A stretch of DNA of 64,000 bases from a virus, in the IMG/VR virus record IMGVR_UViG_3300028584_001241; one strand, given 5' to 3'. The number at the start of each line of letters is the position of its first letter. Position 1 is the first letter of the stretch. Both the position numbers and the translations under genes were made by a program. Of the stretch, positions 10,363 to 20,169 are shown piece after piece. The notes under the pieces were generated by a model. That model was not told the DNA's origin. It saw nothing but the letters and a program-made list of their open reading frames with translations, and made no database searches.

Positions 10363-10533
10363 ATGAGCAAAATTGATGTGAAGGATATTGATCTTGACAA
10401 ATTAGATGAACTTGCCGAAGATGATTATTTCCACTCAAAAGAAAGAGTTGTAAAAGGGCAAAGGGCACTTGAAGAGTTAAAGGACAATGGGAGACACAAA
10501 AAACAAAGCCCAAGAAAAATTAAATCTCAATAA
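10363..10533 (+). CDS. Small charged hypothetical protein (56 aa)
   Basis: GAGG RBS; MSKIDVKDIDLDKLDELAEDDYF...; not in track. Confidence 0.55.
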   Translation: MSKIDVKDIDLDKLDELAEDDYFHSKERVVKGQRALEELKDNGRHKKQSPRKIKSQ

Positions 10534-10607
10534 CCCCCGTTTTAATCAACAAATTAATGCACTCGTCAGAGAGCATTTTTTAATAACACAAATTGGAGAT
10601 ATATATC

Positions 10608-11741
10608 ATGACTACTGCTGTTTACGCACTATCTGGCGACCCTATCACCTTCGGTCATATTGACATCATTAACCGTGCTGCTGCAGGCTTTGATAAGCTT
10701 ATTGTTGGTCTTGGTGTAAACCCTAACAAAAAATATATGTTGACTCCTGATGAACGTTTAACGGTTGCCAAACAATCGCTCTCACACCTTACTAACGTTA
10801 CCGTGATGTTCTTTGAAGGACTGTTGGTTGACTTCGCTTTTGAACAAGGTGCTAGCATTATTGTTCGTGGTATTCGAAATGCTTCTGATGCAGTAGATGA
10901 GCAAGCACTTGACCAGATCAACGGTTCTCAAATGGATATTGATACTTTCTTTATGTTTTCACGCTCTAAACTCGCTCATGTAAGTTCTAGCAACGTCAAA
11001 GCAATTCAAGCTGAGAATGGTCTAATTCATGAGTATGTTCCACTTCCAGTTAAAAAACTACTTGAACGTAAAATTTCAAGTCAACTTGTCTATGGTATTA
11101 CTGGTGTGATGGGTTCTGGTAAGTCGTATGTTGCCGACCAATTGGCTTTGTTCTCTGAACAACAACATGCTGAGTCCGAAAGCAACCCACTGGTGTTTAA
11201 CATTGAGCTGGATAAATTGGCACATCAGGTATACAGCTCAGATAAGCCACGTTACAAAGAGATTCGTGAACGCATTAGAAAACGTTTCGGTACCCTTGAC
11301 CGTGCTAAAATTGGTCAAATAGCATTCGGCACAGAAGACAGTAAAGAACACGTTGATTTCTTGAATGAGATCTTCAAAGAACCCGTAATGGTTCTGCTTC
11401 GTAAAGAGCTTCGTGGTAAAAAAGGCATTGTGCTGATTAACTCTGCGTTACTGGTGGAAAGTGATATGCTGAACTTATGCAACAACCATGTTATTTTGGT
11501 CGATGCTGAAGAGTCGGTTCGTCATGCTCGGTTGGTCGAATTTAGAAACATTGATCCAGTTGTCGCTGAAAACCGTATCAAGCACATGAAAAGCAATGGT
11601 GCCAAGAAAGCACAAATTAAATCGGCAATCGCCAGTGTGCAATTTGGTAAAATTGTTAAGTTCAATAACACAGCAAGTGAATTGACTGATATTGCTAAAT
11701 TATACGAACAACTTAAAGCTGACTACAACGGCGAGCAATGA
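10608..11741 (+). CDS. coaD: Bifunctional phosphopantetheine adenylyltransferase / dephospho-CoA kinase (CoaD-CoaE fusion)
   Basis: DPITFGH, IVRGIR, VSSSNVK (PPAT), then YGITGVMGSGKS and LDRAKIGQIAF (DPCK). Confidence 0.88.
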   Translation: MTTAVYALSGDPITFGHIDIINRAAAGFDKLIVGLGVNPNKKYMLTPDERLTVAKQSLSHLTNVTVMFFEGLLVDFAFEQGASIIVRGIRNASDAVDEQALDQINGSQMDIDTFFMFSRSKLAHVSSSNVKAIQAENGLIHEYVPLPVKKLLERKISSQLVYGITGVMGSGKSYVADQLALFSEQQHAESESNPLVFNIELDKLAHQVYSSDKPRYKEIRERIRKRFGTLDRAKIGQIAFGTEDSKEHVDFLNEIFKEPVMVLLRKELRGKKGIVLINSALLVESDMLNLCNNHVILVDAEESVRHARLVEFRNIDPVVAENRIKHMKSNGAKKAQIKSAIASVQFGKIVKFNNTASELTDIAKLYEQLKADYNGEQ

Positions 11742-11799
11742 AGATAAAAAACCCACTGAGAAGTGGGATTTTTTTTGTTTTTTTTAATGAATATCATTG

Positions 11800-12546
11800 T
11801 TAAAGATTAGTAATTAACATTTTATCATTACCTGAATTAACCGGGACATCAGCAGCCAACGTTTGCATAATACTATTCATCGCGTTATCTTTAAATGATT
11901 TGTATTCTTCTCGTGTAATGAATCGATCACTGTATATTTGATTAAAATCATCACGAACTGATTTATTAGAAATGTTTTGAACCGTTAACAATTTATTAAA
12001 CATATCAGCTTCATCCAAACCTTTAATTTTATTCGGATTGTTGATAAATACTTTTAATGCTTCAAAGTTTTTTGTTTCCAATGCTAATTGAAACTCTTTT
12101 GCTGGAATAGAATTGGTAAATACTGTTTTATCTTCATATCTGTTAGCGATTTGATTATAAATTTCATTGCTTGCTTTCACTAATGCGGTTTCTTTTGTAT
12201 TAAAGTTAACAACAAATACTGTAAATACTAAAAATACAAATGAAATAGAAACTACCAATTTATTAAAATGTTTTTTGAAATCATCATAACAAATAAATCC
12301 TGACATGAAACAAAGAAATATTCCAATTAAAAGAGTTGCAAGACCAAAGAAGCCTATAAAAAAAGGATCAGCAACTGTGTTTGAATGAGCATTAAAATTA
12401 AAGCCATCTTGTTTAAGATTGTAACTATTAAAAGCATCATAACTGATCGAAAATGCATAAGCAAGAATCACTGCTCCTAAAAGACCAAGACAAACGGTTA
12501 TAATCATAGGCAGTAAATTAGAACTTTTCTTAGATGATTTTTCCAT
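11800..12546 (-). CDS. Membrane protein (3 TM)
   Basis: Hydrophobic segments; AGGAG RBS. Confidence 0.7.
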   Translation of the reverse strand: MEKSSKKSSNLLPMIITVCLGLLGAVILAYAFSISYDAFNSYNLKQDGFNFNAHSNTVADPFFIGFFGLATLLIGIFLCFMSGFICYDDFKKHFNKLVVSISFVFLVFTVFVVNFNTKETALVKASNEIYNQIANRYEDKTVFTNSIPAKEFQLALETKNFEALKVFINNPNKIKGLDEADMFNKLLTVQNISNKSVRDDFNQIYSDRFITREEYKSFKDNAMNSIMQTLAADVPVNSGNDKMLITNL

Positions 12547-12676
12547 ATAATTCTCCTTTTTTTAGTAAAAATATAAAAATCTCTTATATAATAATCGAGA
12601 ACTGCCATTTGTCAAAAAAACATTAAACAAAAAAAATCGCTTGATTTATTAAATGTTCACTGTTATAATTGCGGAC

Positions 12677-13270
12677 ATGAAAAATACTATAATAGAAATA
12701 CCTCAAAAAACATTCATCATCACTGACATCGAAGCCACTTGTGATGACCAATCAAATACGCAATCAACCTTTAGCAGAGACTTATCTGAACCGATAGAAA
12801 TTGGTGCAGTTGCTGTTAATGAGCAATTTGAAATACTGGGTGAATTCCAAACCTTTATCAAACCACTTAACTACAATACAGTGTTAACACCTTTCTGTAT
12901 GCAGCTTACTAAAATTAAGCAATCAAATGTAGACAATGCTCCTTTGTACAAAGACGCTTATCAATCCTTCGAAGACTGGTTCTTAAAATATCCCAACCCA
13001 GAATTCTGCTCTTGGGGTCGATATGATTTTTATGAGTTGAAAAAGTTTTGTGAACGAAATGGACAAAAGTTTCACTTTGATGCAGGTGTTAACTTAAAAA
13101 ACTTGTTTGCTAAGAAACAAAAGATTGGTCGAGAAATTGGATTAGGTCGAGCGTTGACTAAAAGTGGACTACAATTCATCGGCACACCACACCGTGGCAT
13201 TGATGATGCGAAAAACATTGCCAGATTGTTACCATACACTTATTATGATAAAAAAATCGAAAATAAATAA
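12677..13270 (+). CDS. DEDDh 3'-5' exonuclease, ERI-1/KapD-like
   Basis: TDIEATC, IEIGAV, SWGRYD, HRGIDDAKN. Confidence 0.9.
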   Translation: MKNTIIEIPQKTFIITDIEATCDDQSNTQSTFSRDLSEPIEIGAVAVNEQFEILGEFQTFIKPLNYNTVLTPFCMQLTKIKQSNVDNAPLYKDAYQSFEDWFLKYPNPEFCSWGRYDFYELKKFCERNGQKFHFDAGVNLKNLFAKKQKIGREIGLGRALTKSGLQFIGTPHRGIDDAKNIARLLPYTYYDKKIENK

Positions 13271-13349
13271 TAATAAAGATCTATCGAAAATCCAATTTGA
13301 TAAAATATAAACAAAGTGTTATAATTTATAGATAACTAGGAGCTATCCA

Positions 13350-14231
13350 ATGAGCGATATTATTAGAAAACAAAGTCAAATAGACCAATCCTTAAACATC
13401 ATCTATCCAGCATCTCAAATCGGCCAATACGAAGCTCGTTTCGTTCGTCGTGAAGATGATTACTTCATCATTTACGTGTCCTCTCAATCAGGTTGTGATC
13501 AAGCCTGCAGAATGTGTCACTTAACAGCCACAGGTCAAAACAAGCTTGAAAATGCTTCTTATGAAGAATTGGTTAAACAAGCTGCTCTTGTTTATGAACA
13601 TTATGACATTCAAGAAAAGAAAGCAAAACTTGTGCATTACAATTTCATGGCACGAGGTGAAGCATTAAATAACCCAGTTATTCTAAATGATAACGAACGT
13701 CTGCTTGGAACTTATGGTGAGATGGCCCGTATTCGTGGACTGGATGCAAAGTATCTTATTTCAACAATTATGCCGGATAGTATGGGTGATCGTACATTGG
13801 TTGATATCTTCCCTAATACCTTACCAGAGATCTACTACTCCATTTACAGCACTAATGAAAAATTTAGAAAGAAATGGTTAGCCAGAGCATTACCTTATCA
13901 AAAAAGTTTAGAGCTTCTGAAAGAATGGCAAGATTACAATGGTAAGACACCAAAAATCCACTTTGCTTTCATTAAAGGTGAAAATGATTCTGAACAAGAT
14001 ATGGTCAATATGGCCGAAGCTATTAATAAACTTGACCTAAAAGTCAACTTGAATATTGTAAGATACAACCCTTTTTCTGATAAATACGGTGTAGAGTCTG
14101 ATGAAGCTGTAATTGACAGAAACGTAGCGATATTGGTCGATCTTTTAAAACCTGCTCAATATAGAGTAGTACCCAAAGTAGGCTTTGATGTAAAGGCTTC
14201 TTGTGGTATGTTTGTAGGAAAAAATAAATAA
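13350..14231 (+). CDS. RlmN/Cfr-like radical SAM protein
   Basis: SSQSGCDQACRMC, FMARGEA, C-terminal ASCG. Confidence 0.85.
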   Translation: MSDIIRKQSQIDQSLNIIYPASQIGQYEARFVRREDDYFIIYVSSQSGCDQACRMCHLTATGQNKLENASYEELVKQAALVYEHYDIQEKKAKLVHYNFMARGEALNNPVILNDNERLLGTYGEMARIRGLDAKYLISTIMPDSMGDRTLVDIFPNTLPEIYYSIYSTNEKFRKKWLARALPYQKSLELLKEWQDYNGKTPKIHFAFIKGENDSEQDMVNMAEAINKLDLKVNLNIVRYNPFSDKYGVESDEAVIDRNVAILVDLLKPAQYRVVPKVGFDVKASCGMFVGKNK

Positions 14232-14329
14232 TTAAGGATTACCGTGCGATGAACGGTATAGTTCATAATATTGACAATATCATTATTCTATGCTAATATT
14301 TAGACAATTAACAAATAGAGGTATATGTT

Positions 14330-14566
14330 ATGAATACAGAAATTAAAGACATCAAAGGTAAGGAATTATTAAAAGATGACCAAATCTTATATGCTACTAC
14401 TCACGGCACGTTACAAATAGGCCGAGTGTTGGAGATAACCGAAGATGGTTCATTGAAAGTAATTGGTAAAGGCAACAAAAGAGAACTTACGATTAAAGAA
14501 TCTGACAAACAAGTTTATCTTGTTTCAAAAGGTTACTACGCAAGAGTCAAAAAACGTGCTGCTTAA
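14330..14566 (+). CDS. Small beta-rich (SH3-like) hypothetical protein
   Basis: GAGGT RBS; similar to two repeats in the next gene. Confidence 0.7.
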   Translation: MNTEIKDIKGKELLKDDQILYATTHGTLQIGRVLEITEDGSLKVIGKGNKRELTIKESDKQVYLVSKGYYARVKKRAA

Positions 14567-14671
14567 CGTGTAATACAAAGACCCGCCTATGCGGGTTTTT
14601 TGTTAGGTGCCGATAATTTGACATTTGTGGCTTGTCAAGTTAAAATTTTACAAAATGAAATGGAGATATTT

Positions 14672-15184
14672 ATGAATGAAATAGTCGATATTGTTGGTAA
14701 AGTTATTGAAAAAGAAAAAGAAGCTATATTTATAGGCGACAATGGTGTTGTTTATAAGGGTGTTGTTAAAGCATTCAATAAAATAGGCCAAGTGCAAATC
14801 GAAGAATCAATGACCGCCAAATACATTGTGGTGAAGACACCTTCAAAAAGTATTTATGTCATTCCTGACCCGATTGATTTGGAAGATGTCTTTGACATGA
14901 AGTTTGAAGTAAAAGAAAAGAAACCAACAGAACGTGATTTCTTTCGTCAGTTGTCTGTAGCGAAATCAATTTTGGGTGATGGCGTGCTTGATGGTGACAA
15001 AGTATTATTTGCTGATGGTCAAGAATTGAAGTTAGGCAGAACGATCAGAGTTGTTAAAGACAGTTCTGTTGTGATAGTTAATGGCAATAAAGATAAAGCA
15101 GATGTGACAATTGAAACAAATGGTAAAAATCTGTATTTACTTGTCAAAGATTATTACATCAAAGAAAAAGCAGCTTACATTTAA
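14672..15184 (+). CDS. Hypothetical protein with two copies of the 14330 domain
   Basis: EIVDIVGK..G.V..IYVI and SILGD..DKVLFA..GR..LYLL.KDYY. Confidence 0.7.
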   Translation: MNEIVDIVGKVIEKEKEAIFIGDNGVVYKGVVKAFNKIGQVQIEESMTAKYIVVKTPSKSIYVIPDPIDLEDVFDMKFEVKEKKPTERDFFRQLSVAKSILGDGVLDGDKVLFADGQELKLGRTIRVVKDSSVVIVNGNKDKADVTIETNGKNLYLLVKDYYIKEKAAYI

Positions 15185-15342
15185 ATAAGCGTTCTAAACA
15201 ACATGGCTTACTTTAATCAGTAGGCCATTTTTTTCATATTTAACAATGATTTTTAATCATAATAATTAGCAATTATTTCGTCTAAAAAGATGTAATTATA
15301 TTTCGTTGTGTTACAATGTAATAATAGACAAATTGAGATCAA

Positions 15343-16005
15343 ATGACAATATTAGAAAAGTTTTATACAGGGATTGGTTCCCGAGAAACGCCTGCTGAAT
15401 ATTTAGCCATAATGACTGAACTGGCAACCTATCTCAATAAAACAGGATGGACATTAAGAAGTGGCGGATCATGGGGAGCTGACGAAGCTTTTCAAAAAGG
15501 GGTATCTAACTATTCAAATATCTTTTTACCTCGCTTAAACTGGCGAAAAGATGATGGTATTGTGGGAAGATTCATAGACGACACTGAATTAGTTAGGGAT
15601 GCAATGTATATTGTTTCAAAATATGATTTACATGAAGACTGGGATAACTTATTGAATAGTCGTGGTGATGGCGGGCTAATGACAGTTAAACTTCATACCA
15701 GAAATGTTTTTCAAGTCTTAGGTGATAATTTAAGAAATCCTTCAAAGTTTTTAGTTTGCTATACGAATGACGGAGCTATTGATTTGTCTGAGATGAGTAG
15801 AAGTACAGGTGGTACCCGAACCGCTATGAGATTAGCTTGCCATTTTCAAGTGCCTATATTCAACCTTAGAAGACCTGAACATAAATTAAGAATACTTAAT
15901 TGGATTGAAGAAATGAAGGAAATAGAATTAAAAAAAAATAATAAAATAATTACAAATCTCAGCGAAGATCCTTCGATGAAAAGAACAACTCGATTAAAAA
16001 TTTAA
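15343..16005 (+). CDS. DprA/Smf-like SLOG-family protein
   Basis: YTGIGSRETP, LRSGGSWGAD, HTRNVFQVLG, TGGT. Confidence 0.8.
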   Translation: MTILEKFYTGIGSRETPAEYLAIMTELATYLNKTGWTLRSGGSWGADEAFQKGVSNYSNIFLPRLNWRKDDGIVGRFIDDTELVRDAMYIVSKYDLHEDWDNLLNSRGDGGLMTVKLHTRNVFQVLGDNLRNPSKFLVCYTNDGAIDLSEMSRSTGGTRTAMRLACHFQVPIFNLRRPEHKLRILNWIEEMKEIELKKNNKIITNLSEDPSMKRTTRLKI

Positions 16006-16081
16006 CAAAATAGTTACAATATAACGTTGATTTATCACTTTTTTTAGTCTAACATGTAAAAACAAAACAATCGAGTAAGTA

Positions 16082-16786
16082 ATGTTAAGCCTCAAGTTAA
16101 TATTACCAGCAGTAATAGCTGGTTTATTGTCAACAGTCGCAATGGCTGAAGACTCTATCATAGTAGAGGGTGGGGCTGCATCTAAATTAAGCAATGTGAC
16201 AACACAAGGTTCCAGTAAACTAAACTACAATACAATTGCTCAATCTTTTTACTTAGATCTCAAAACAGAAATGGGTGTTCCTAATTTCAAATTAGAATAC
16301 ACTAACAATGCTTATTCCACCAACTACGGTGAAGTCAATAAATCCTATATTAACAACCAAGCAAACTTTGTAGACGTTAACCTTCAATACGGTGACGTAG
16401 TAAGTTATTACACACTCTTTGCAAATGACTATAACGTAGGCATGAACTTAGGTGGTGGATTAAGACAATACATGGGTGATATAGAATCATCACAAGCTGG
16501 TAAAGAATCACTAAATGCAACCATTCCATTAAGTTATCTTGATATGTTCTACAGTCTTGACAAGAATGAATATGTAGGATTATATACAAAAGAATCACAA
16601 CTAGCGACTGAGAAAGTTCAAGAATCCGGTCTTTACTATAAAAACAATATTACTAAGGTTGACAATTTAAGTTTCATTGCTACTTACGCTTTATCCAATT
16701 TATCGTTTGCAGATGATTACAGTGCTGTTAATGGTGCCGGACTAAAAACCAGTGGTCTTAACTTTCAGTTAAAATTAAGTTACTAA
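16082..16786 (+). CDS. Putative outer-membrane beta-barrel protein
   Basis: Signal peptide, amphipathic strands, C-terminal aromatic residue (LKLSY). Confidence 0.65.
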   Translation: MLSLKLILPAVIAGLLSTVAMAEDSIIVEGGAASKLSNVTTQGSSKLNYNTIAQSFYLDLKTEMGVPNFKLEYTNNAYSTNYGEVNKSYINNQANFVDVNLQYGDVVSYYTLFANDYNVGMNLGGGLRQYMGDIESSQAGKESLNATIPLSYLDMFYSLDKNEYVGLYTKESQLATEKVQESGLYYKNNITKVDNLSFIATYALSNLSFADDYSAVNGAGLKTSGLNFQLKLSY

Positions 16787-16842
16787 AAAATAAAGACAAA
16801 AAAAATAAGCCATCAGGCTTATTTTTAATATTGACACTCAAC

Positions 16843-17916
16843 TTATTTCTTTAAATCATTTTCTAAATCGTCATACAAACTGTTTTCGGCTTTGATAGCA
16901 TTTAATTTTTCAGCTTCTTTTGCAGCGGCTGCAGCTTTAATCTTATCTTTTTCTGCTTTAATGGCTGCTTCTTTGGCTGCTATCTCATCGGCAGCTATCT
17001 TCTTAAAGTCAACGGCAATCACTGGCTTAACATAAGGTAATACACGGCCCATTACAATTTCTAAGTAATGCTTATCATCAACTTTGATAGATTGTTTTGA
17101 ATCTGTTTCCAATTTTATCCAGAATACGTTTGAGGTAACAGATGATTTAATCGCTGGAATCTTAACCTTAGTAAGAACACCTTCTGTTGTTATGACTTCT
17201 GTTTCTTCATATGAAGAAATTGCTTTATTTGTATAGTCCAATCTAACAGAAACTCTATTATTCTTTTTGTCATACTCTTTTATTTGAATAATATAACCAT
17301 AACCATACACCAAAGTGCCTAATTCTTCTTTAACTGTTGCTTTACCTGTCACTTTATCAATGTTTGTTTTTGTGCCGATATAAACATTAGGTTCTTCAAC
17401 GTAGTTTGAAAAACTAACAATTTTATTTTTATTGGCTTCATCAGCAAAGGCAACAACTTCTTTATCTGCTTTGTGATCATCAGCAACGCCCGTCATAATA
17501 CCCATTGCAATTTCATCTTTGCTTAATGTCTTAGTAATGATGCTTTTGTTAAGTCTTTTAACATTCAGTACAAAGTTAGTGCCAGAAACTGGAACAACAA
17601 GCGTAGGCATAGTTTTTGATTTCTCAACGACTGGACCAACAACAGCCTTGTCTACATCAATAGGAGTAACAGTCGCTTCTGGTTTTGAAACTTTGGTTTC
17701 TTTAACAGGTGTGGAAGCTTTCTTTTCTACTTTAACGGTTTCTGTTTTTTTTGTTTCAACGGGTTTCATTTTCTCTTTTTCTGGTGTTTTTGCTGGTGCT
17801 GTTGGTGTGTCATTAAGAATATCCGAGATATCCATTAAATCATCACCAGACAATTGTGCATTCGCCTGAAAAGAGATACCACTCAATATTGCGAGTGCCA
17901 AAATTGTTTTTCTCAT
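16843..17916 (-). CDS. Secreted hypothetical protein
   Basis: Signal peptide; K/E/P-rich linker; Ala/Lys-rich tail. Confidence 0.7.
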   Translation of the reverse strand: MRKTILALAILSGISFQANAQLSGDDLMDISDILNDTPTAPAKTPEKEKMKPVETKKTETVKVEKKASTPVKETKVSKPEATVTPIDVDKAVVGPVVEKSKTMPTLVVPVSGTNFVLNVKRLNKSIITKTLSKDEIAMGIMTGVADDHKADKEVVAFADEANKNKIVSFSNYVEEPNVYIGTKTNIDKVTGKATVKEELGTLVYGYGYIIQIKEYDKKNNRVSVRLDYTNKAISSYEETEVITTEGVLTKVKIPAIKSSVTSNVFWIKLETDSKQSIKVDDKHYLEIVMGRVLPYVKPVIAVDFKKIAADEIAAKEAAIKAEKDKIKAAAAAKEAEKLNAIKAENSLYDDLENDLKK

Positions 17917-17966
17917 AAAATTCTCCTGAAATATATTTTATTAGTGTAATTTATAAAGAATAAAAG

Positions 17967-18176
17967 TCAATTTATACTGTATAGTTTTTTCACCAACTCT
18001 TCTGCTAATGCTCGATGTTCCAGAGAGAAGTTGATTTCAAAGATAACTGAAAGGTCAGTAGACTGTTCACAAGAATAAACAAGTTTTAATTCAGGATGAT
18101 TTTGATTGACGGAAGTTAAGAACTTTTCACAAATGTTTTGTTGTTGGAGATTTTTTTCTATATAGAGTGTGTGCAT
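17967..18176 (-). CDS. Small hypothetical protein
   Basis: 69 aa ORF. Confidence 0.45.
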   Translation of the reverse strand: MHTLYIEKNLQQQNICEKFLTSVNQNHPELKLVYSCEQSTDLSVIFEINFSLEHRALAEELVKKLYSIN

Positions 18177-18378
18177 ATTTTCTTAAATATAGTTGGCTTT
18201 ATTTTCAGAATAGCATACGGAACATAAAAAGAAAGCTAATTATTTTTAAACTCATTTATACTTGAATTCATCTAAAAATACAATATCAAACCTTAACCAT
18301 AACTTAAATTTCAATTCAAAAACTTGATTTTTTCATTTTTTCATGTATTATAAGTAAGAAATAACCGGAGGATATCTT

Positions 18379-18672
18379 ATGAAAAAGATCGTATTAGCAT
18401 TAGCAGCAATTATGGCTTCAGGTGTAGCATTTGCAGATGTCAGTGATTCGGAAGCTATTAAATTAAGAGAAAGCGGAACGATTAAAGATGTTAAAGTCTT
18501 AAATGATATTGCTATCAAACAATATCCCGGCACAACAGTAGAATCAACAGAACTTGATCTTGATAATGGAATTTATGTCTATGATGTGGATCTAGTAGAC
18601 GCTAATAAAGCAGACTTCAACGTCAAACTAAATGCGGCAACTGGTGAAGTAATCAAGAAAGAAGTCGATTAA
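18379..18672 (+). CDS. PepSY domain protein
   Basis: Signal peptide; ELDLDNGIYVYDVDL..VKLNAATGEVI. Confidence 0.88.
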   Translation: MKKIVLALAAIMASGVAFADVSDSEAIKLRESGTIKDVKVLNDIAIKQYPGTTVESTELDLDNGIYVYDVDLVDANKADFNVKLNAATGEVIKKEVD

Positions 18673-18783
18673 AAATAATAAAATGTAAATAAAAGCCTAT
18701 TAGTAGGCTTTTTTTATTGTTGACTTATGGATTGCTAAAGTTACTATATTAGTCAAGTAAGACTACTATAGGAATGATGGATA

Positions 18784-19500
18784 ATGACAAAAGAAACGAG
18801 ATCTTTATATTTTAAAAATTGGTATGTGTATGACGTTTTCATTAATTTGGCTTTTTTGATACTAGCGATTGCTTTCTTACAAGTCAACGTTTCACCTGTA
18901 TTCAACTCAATTTTGATAGTCTTGTATGGAACTATCTTCATCGCCTCATTACACAATGCATACATCTCAATAAAACATCGAATAATGCCAGACGTGTATT
19001 CAGCACTATTTACCAGAACGTTTAAAACTGTCATCAAACTCATAGAATTAACCGTCTATTTGAAAGTCGCTTATTACATGTATAAGGTAGATGGAGTATT
19101 ATTCTTTATCAGTATGGTTATATTAGTATTTGCCATGATAAGAATACTATTAACATTAGCTTATATTGGTATGAAATTAAGAGATGAAGGACATCTTTAT
19201 ATTGAAAGCCTAAGAATACCTGTCGAATTGAAAAATTATTTAACACTAAACAGATTAATAATTGAAGATTTTGTAAGTGATTTCGATAACGATCCGAGAA
19301 ACATTATTGATGGCGATCTAAAATTTTCTAAAATAACAGATCCTGCTCCCGTCAGTTATCATAAATTTAAACCTGAAATATTTATTCTAGATTATAGAAA
19401 TAATCAGTACAATGTGTTACTTATGAATGAATATATTGAAAGGAATAATAAATCATTTAAAGATTTAACAATCAATGAATTAGAAAATTTCAAAATTTAA
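18784..19500 (+). CDS. Membrane protein related to the 27497/28195 family
   Basis: SLYFKN N-terminus, about 4 TM, tail EYIERNNKSFKDLTINEL. Confidence 0.7.
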   Translation: MTKETRSLYFKNWYVYDVFINLAFLILAIAFLQVNVSPVFNSILIVLYGTIFIASLHNAYISIKHRIMPDVYSALFTRTFKTVIKLIELTVYLKVAYYMYKVDGVLFFISMVILVFAMIRILLTLAYIGMKLRDEGHLYIESLRIPVELKNYLTLNRLIIEDFVSDFDNDPRNIIDGDLKFSKITDPAPVSYHKFKPEIFILDYRNNQYNVLLMNEYIERNNKSFKDLTINELENFKI

Positions 19501-19545
19501 AATAAAAAAAAGAGGCCGAAGCCTCTTTAAAATTTTTAGAAGTAA

Positions 19546-19920
19546 TTATTCATCAAACATTCCCATCCGTGAGAAATGACGGCCAGCATTACGATCAAAG
19601 TTGCAATCAAGTTCTTTAACTTCACCATCATCGTCATCATCTTTTTTACGAACGCTCACATATTCAGATGAAGAAATTTTGTTGCCAAATCTAACGTTTT
19701 CAATGTATTTTGTGATACGCTTCATCAGTTTTTTATCAATATCACTGAGTTCTAAATCTTCTACACCATCTACGTCAACTTTTAATACATCAGAGTAGTC
19801 TTCTTCAATTTTAGCAAGTTGTTTACGGGTTGGACCACGATCATCTTTAAGGCCAGTTTCAAATTCAGCCATTGCTTCTTCTAGTTCTTCGATGTCGATG
19901 TTGTTATTTTCTGTGATCAT
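19546..19920 (-). CDS. Acidic hypothetical protein
   Basis: AGGAG RBS; downstream terminator GAGGC-CGAA-GCCTC. Confidence 0.7.
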   Translation of the reverse strand: MITENNNIDIEELEEAMAEFETGLKDDRGPTRKQLAKIEEDYSDVLKVDVDGVEDLELSDIDKKLMKRITKYIENVRFGNKISSSEYVSVRKKDDDDDGEVKELDCNFDRNAGRHFSRMGMFDE

Positions 19921-20169
19921 ACTAATTACTCCTGATTTCTAATTTAGTGAGGCTATTCTATCATAACAGTTATACTAAGACAATACTTTAATGCTTATTT
20001 TTTAAAAATATTTTATAAATAGGAAAAAGAAGAGTGTATGTCTAGCACCTGATTTTTTTCTTCTATATATAGCATGGAACTATATTAAAATGAATTGAAA
20101 AAAAAGATTGACATATGTGATTTTTCCATCATATAATAGCGGAAAGAATTGAAAACAAAAGGAGATTCT

